From an uncultured Acidobacteriota bacterium (GTDB lineage Bacteria; Acidobacteriota; Thermoanaerobaculia; UBA5066; Gp7-AA6), in NCBI GenBank assembly GCA_963815865.1, contig CAWFIK010000006.1:284854-348853 (forward strand): DNA of 64,000 nucleotides, given 5' to 3'. The first letter of the stretch is position 1, and the number at the start of each line of letters is the position of its first letter. The notes beneath the pieces were generated by a model. That model was not told the DNA's origin. It made no database searches and was given only the letters and a program-made list of their open reading frames with translations. A program made the translations under genes and the position numbers. This document shows, one piece after another, positions 60,090 to 64,000 of the stretch.

Positions 60090-60963
60090 TCCCGCTTCCC
60101 GTTCGCGCGCCGGAGTGGATCCGGGAAAAGCGCCTGCGCCTGGCCGACCTCCACGAGGTCAAGCGCGTCCTGCGCGCCGGCAGCCTGCACACGGTCTGCG
60201 AGGAGGCGCGTTGTCCCAACCGCGGCGAGTGCTTCGCCCGCGGGACGGCGACGTTCCTCCTGCTCGGGGACGTCTGCACCCGGGCGTGCGGCTTCTGCGA
60301 CATTGCCAACGGGCGCCCGCTCCCCGTGGACCCGCTGGAGCCGTCCCGCGTGGCGGCCGCCGCGCGCCACATGAAGCTGAAGTTCGTCGTGGTGACATCG
60401 GTCGACCGCGACGACCTGCCCGATGGGGGCGCCGGCCATTTCGCCAACGATCGGCGCCGTCCGGAGTCTCTCCCCGGCTCCGGGAATGGAGGTCCTCACG
60501 CCGGACTTTCGGGGCAGGCTCGATTCCGTCCGGGCCGTTGTCGAAGCGGGGCCGGACGTCTTCAATCACAACGTCGAGACCGTTCCGCGCCTCTATCCCC
60601 GGGTCCGGCGCGGGTCGAGGATCGAGCGTTCCCTCGGCGTCCTCGCCGAGGCGAAGCGGCACGCTCCGGCGATGACGACGAAATCGGGCCTGATGGTCGG
60701 CCTGGGAGAGACGCGCGAGGAAGTCGTGGAGTTGCTCGACCGGATGCGCGCTTCCGACGTGGACATCGTCACGATCGGCCAGTACCTGCGGCCCTCGCGC
60801 GAGAACCTCCCCATCGAGGAGTACGTGCACCCGGACGTCTTCGACCTTTACCGCGAAGCGGGGGAGGCGATCGGCTTCCGTCACGTCTTCTCCGGGCCCT
60901 TCGTGCGCTCTTCCTATCGCGCCGAAGAGGCGCTCGCGCCAAGCGGGACGCAGGCTCGATTGA
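60086..60963 (+). CDS. lipA: lipoyl synthase (frameshifted; 3' end uncertain)
   Basis: It has the auxiliary cluster [12 protein letters not shown] and the radical-SAM motif CTRACGFC. The rest ([12 protein letters not shown]..., TIGQYLRPS) lies in a second frame. Confidence 0.88.
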
Positions 60964-62459
60964 ACGGACGAGGATCTCGCTGGGCCACGCCCGCGGCGGC
61001 GATCCTTTCGGGCCTCCTCTTCTCGCTGGCCTTTCCTCCCCTCGAGTGGGTCCTCCTGCTGCCACTCGCGCCGGTGCCGTGGCTCGTCGCCCTGGCGCGC
61101 GAGCAGAGCCGGGGCCGGGCGCTCCTCTCGGGGTTTCTCTTCGGGCTGGCCTACTGGTGCGCGTCGATTCCCTGGATCGTCTTCGTCGTGACCCATTACG
61201 GCGGACAGAGCGCCGTCATGGGTGTCGTCTGCCTCGTCCTGCTCGTCGGCGATCCTGGCGGAATGGCCGGCCGTCGTCGCCTGGGGCGCGGCGGCGTGCG
61301 CCGGCCGGAACGCGCGGCGCCTGGCCGTCTTTCCGCTCTTGTGGATGGCCTCCGAGCACGCCCGCTCGTCTCGTGTACAGGCGGATTTCCGTGGAACCTG
61401 GCGGCGCACGCGCTCTACCGGCATCCGATCTGGATCGCAGACGGCCTCGTCTGGGGCGTGTACGGAGTCGGATTCCTCGTGTCTCGCGGCTTCGAGCCTC
61501 ATCGCGGCGGCGGTCCTCCGCAGGAGATCGTCCTTCTGGCTCGCCGCGCGGCCCTCGTGCTTGCGGCCGCCTCCGCGGGCATCGTGCGCCTGGCTCGGCC
61601 GGCAAGCCGGGCCGCGACGTTTCGGTCGCGATCCTGCAGCCGAACATCCACGAGGAGGAACGCCGGTCCCCGGGCGGGCGCGGAAACGTACGGCGCGTGC
61701 TCGACCAGGCCCTAGAGGCCGCGTCGCGCAGCCGGACCTGCTCGTCCTCCCCGAGTCGGCGTTGCCGCACTACTGGCAGCGAGCGACCGCGCTGCGGGAA
61801 GACCTGCTCGAATCGCGTCGCTGCGGGAGGCCGCATCCTCTTCAACGACGTCGAGGAGGAGCCCGACGGGCGCTACTTCAACGTCGCGCGGCTTGCGGGC
61901 TCCGGTGGCTTGATCGGGCCTCCCTATCGGAAGGTCCACCTCGTGCCCTTCGGCGAGTACGTTCCTCTTCCGAGGCTGTTCTTCTTCGCCCGCCAGGTCT
62001 CCACCGAGATCGGGGCGTTCCGCGCCCCCGGCCCCGCCGTCCTCGTGGACGGCGGCCTGCGAATCGGAGTGGGCGTCTGTTACGAGATCCTCTACCCGTC
62101 GCTCGCGCGGGAGGAGGTGGATCGCTTGCACGCGAACCTTCTCGTCACGATCTCGAACGACTCCTGGTACGGGAGGGCGGGCGCGCAGGCGCAGCACTTC
62201 GCCGCCGCCGTTCTGCGCTCCGTCGAGACCGGGCGCTATCTCCTGCGCGCGGCCATCACGGGGATCTCCGGCATCGTGGACGACCGCGGGCGCACCGACG
62301 GCGATCTTCCGGCCGGACTTGCGGGGGATCCTCCCGGGAGGCCCGTCTCCTCGAGATGCGACCGCGTGGATGCGCTGGGGCTTCTGGCTGCCGCGCGTCG
62401 CCGACGCCGCCGCGAGCGCCGTGCTACTCTTCGGCCTGTTCCGGCCGAGGAACACTTGA
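60960..62459 (+). CDS. lnt: apolipoprotein N-acyltransferase (frameshifted)
   Basis: It has an N-terminal polytopic region ([12 protein letters not shown]) and a CN-hydrolase domain with [10 protein letters not shown] and ISNDSWYG. The start is a TTG at 60960. Confidence 0.82.
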
Positions 62460-62485
62460 CCATGACCTTCGACGTCGGACTTCCC

Positions 62486-63608
62486 ATGACCGAACGCGAC
62501 GATCTGATCGCCCGTCTGAAAAGCCGCCTCGGAGCGGCTCCTCGCGCTCCGGGGCTACCTTTGATCTGGACGCCGCGCGGAGCGCGCTCGAAGAACTGAG
62601 GCGCAAGGCCGCTGCGCCGGACTTCTGGACCCGGCCCGAGGAGGCCCAGGAGATTCTCCGTCAGACCCGCGGCCACGAGCGCAAGCTCCGGACGGTCAAC
62701 CGACTCGACGAGCACGCCGGGGAGCTCGACACGTTCGCCGAGCTTCTCAAGGAAGGGGAGCCTGCGGAAGCGGACGCCCGCGCGGCCCTCGGAACAGGCG
62801 GCCTCGTTCGCCGACGAGCTCGAGCTCGCCGTCAAGATGGGCGCGCCGGAGGACTGCAAGAACGCCTGGCTCACGATCCACGCCGGGGCCGGAGGGACCG
62901 AATCGCAGGACTGGGCGGAGATGCTCCTGCGCATGTACATGCGATTCGCGAAGGGCGCGGCTGGAAGGCCGAGCTGATCGACCGGCAGGACGGCGAGGAA
63001 GCGGGATTGAAGAGCGCGACGCTCCACGTCATCGGCGACCACGCCTACGGGTATCTGAAGGGCGAGATGGGAGTCCATCGCCTCGTGCGGATCTCTCCGT
63101 TCGACGCGGCGCAGCGCCGCCACACGTCGTTCGCTTCGGTCTACGGTCTCGCCCGAGATGGACGAGGACATCGAGATCGAGATCGCCGACAAGGACCTGC
63201 GGATCGACACCTATCGCTCGAGCGGCGCCGGGGGGCAGCACGTCAACGTCACGGACTCGGCCGTGCGCCTGACGCACTTTCCCACCGGCATCGTCGTGAC
63301 GTGCCAGAACGAGCGCAGCCAGGGGCGCAACCGCGACATGGCCATGCGGGTGCTGCGCGCCCGGCTCTACCAGCGGGCGCTGGACGAGCGCCGGGCCGAG
63401 GAGGACAAGCTCGTCGGCGACAAGAAGTCGATCGAGTGGGGGAGCCAGATCCGGTCGTACGTGCTCCACCCCTACCGGATGGTCAAGGACCACCGCACCG
63501 GGCACGAGACAGGGGACACGGACAAGGTCCTGGACGGCGGCCTGACTCCCTTCATCGAGGCGTACCTGAAGTCGCCGGGCCGACTCGGGCCGTGCCGTCG
63601 GGGCCTAG
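62486..63608 (+). CDS. prfB: peptide chain release factor 2 (programmed +1 frameshift, plus about 4 extra apparent indels)
   Basis: The N-terminus runs ...[10 protein letters not shown] then a UGA. The +1 frame continues [12 protein letters not shown]...PDFW. The SPF tripeptide (RISPFD) and GGQ (SGAGGQHVN) are present. Confidence 0.88.
62551..62566 (+). promoter_or_regulatory. prfB programmed +1 ribosomal frameshift site (GGGG CUA CCU UUG A context: CUU UGA U)
   Basis: The sequence is cGGGGcuaCCUUUGAUc. It has an internal SD-like GGGG 3 nt upstream of the slippery CUU, followed by an in-frame UGA at 62562-62564, as in the E. coli AGGGGGUAUCUUUGAC site. Confidence 0.8.
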
Positions 63609-63610
63609 GA

Positions 63611-64000
63611 ATGCCGGAAGCCGCCGCGCTCGGCGGATGGATGGAGGAGATCCGGCTGCGCCTGGCGGGGCGCGTGCCGGTGGAGGCCGCCGAGCCGTCC
63701 ACGGAGTTGAAGCGCGCCGGAGTCCTGGTGCCGCTCTTCGTCCGCGAGGCGAAGCTCTGGATCCTCTTCACCCGCCGCACGGAGAGCGTCGAGCATCACC
63801 GCGGGCAGATTTCGTTCCCGGGCGGAACCGAAGAGCAGGGGGACGGGAGCCTCTTCGCCACGGCGGTCCGGGAGACCGAGGAGGAGCTCGCGGTCGCGCC
63901 GTCGGACGTCGTCGCTCTCGGCGCGCTCTCGCCGATCGTGACCGTCACGAACTTCTACGTCGAGCCGTACGTGGCGGCCCTTCCCCAGCCGTACGTCTGG
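63611..64000 (+). CDS. NUDIX hydrolase (CoA pyrophosphatase-like), 5' part; continues past the right edge
   Basis: It starts at ATG 63611. The Nudix box is [25 protein letters not shown]. It stays open to 64000. Confidence 0.8.
   Translation, partial: MPEAAALGGWMEEIRLRLAGRVPVEAAEPSTELKRAGVLVPLFVREAKLWILFTRRTESVEHHRGQISFPGGTEEQGDGSLFATAVRETEEELAVAPSDVVALGALSPIVTVTNFYVEPYVAALPQPYVW

Noticed and set aside
1-64000. A search for CRISPR arrays, tRNA/rRNA genes, transposases, integrases, phage or defence-system genes, and toxin-antitoxin pairs.
   Set aside because: I saw no repeat-spacer arrays; the only repeats are the 7-8 nt tandem elements. No spacer is long enough or cloverleaf-like enough to be a tRNA, and no recombinase, nuclease or ATPase signatures of known defence systems are present. 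The window reads as core chromosome. An HMM scan would be needed to exclude divergent systems.

Overview
This is a very GC-rich chromosomal segment (high-60s % by eye, not computed) from a diderm bacterium. The gene style (many GTG/TTG starts, chains of 4-nt GTGA/ATGA overlaps) suggests an Acidobacteriota-like lineage, but I cannot establish taxonomy from the sequence alone. The content is almost entirely housekeeping and cell-envelope genes: lysS, a LolC/E-LolD lipoprotein-release pair, clpC, the bamA-skp-lpxD-fabZ-lpxA cluster, MTA/purine salvage (mtnP, PfkB kinase), ribH-nusB, leuS-lptE, rpsT, a complete tolQ-tolR-tolA-tolB-pal-ybgF cluster, a family-5 peptide ABC importer, coaD, ygfZ, NfeD-stomatin, and lipA-lnt-prfB. 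I saw no rRNA, tRNA, CRISPR array, transposase, integrase or phage genes.

The signals worth a second look are:
1. A family of intergenic elements whose arms are tandem 7-8 nt repeats, G-rich on one side and C-rich on the other. The architecture is the same at at least 8 loci, but several different unit sequences are used.
2. TAGAAT-type -10 hexamers 6-12 nt upstream of start codons of operon-leading genes, which suggests widespread leaderless or near-leaderless mRNAs.
3. An intact SDR reductase, alpha-oxoamine synthase, large GNAT and PAP2 block that matches the known logic of bacterial ceramide synthesis.
4. A secreted SpoIVB/S55-like peptidase plus beta-propeller protein pair divergent from tol-pal.
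5. The conserved programmed +1 frameshift site in prfB.

One caveat affects everything else. The window is a mosaic of clean blocks and blocks with a frameshift every few hundred bp inside essential genes (bamA, lpxA, leuS, tolB, prfB and others). Several of these shifts sit at homopolymers. I read them as assembly or sequencing indels, not real pseudogenes. Gene boundaries in those blocks are approximate.
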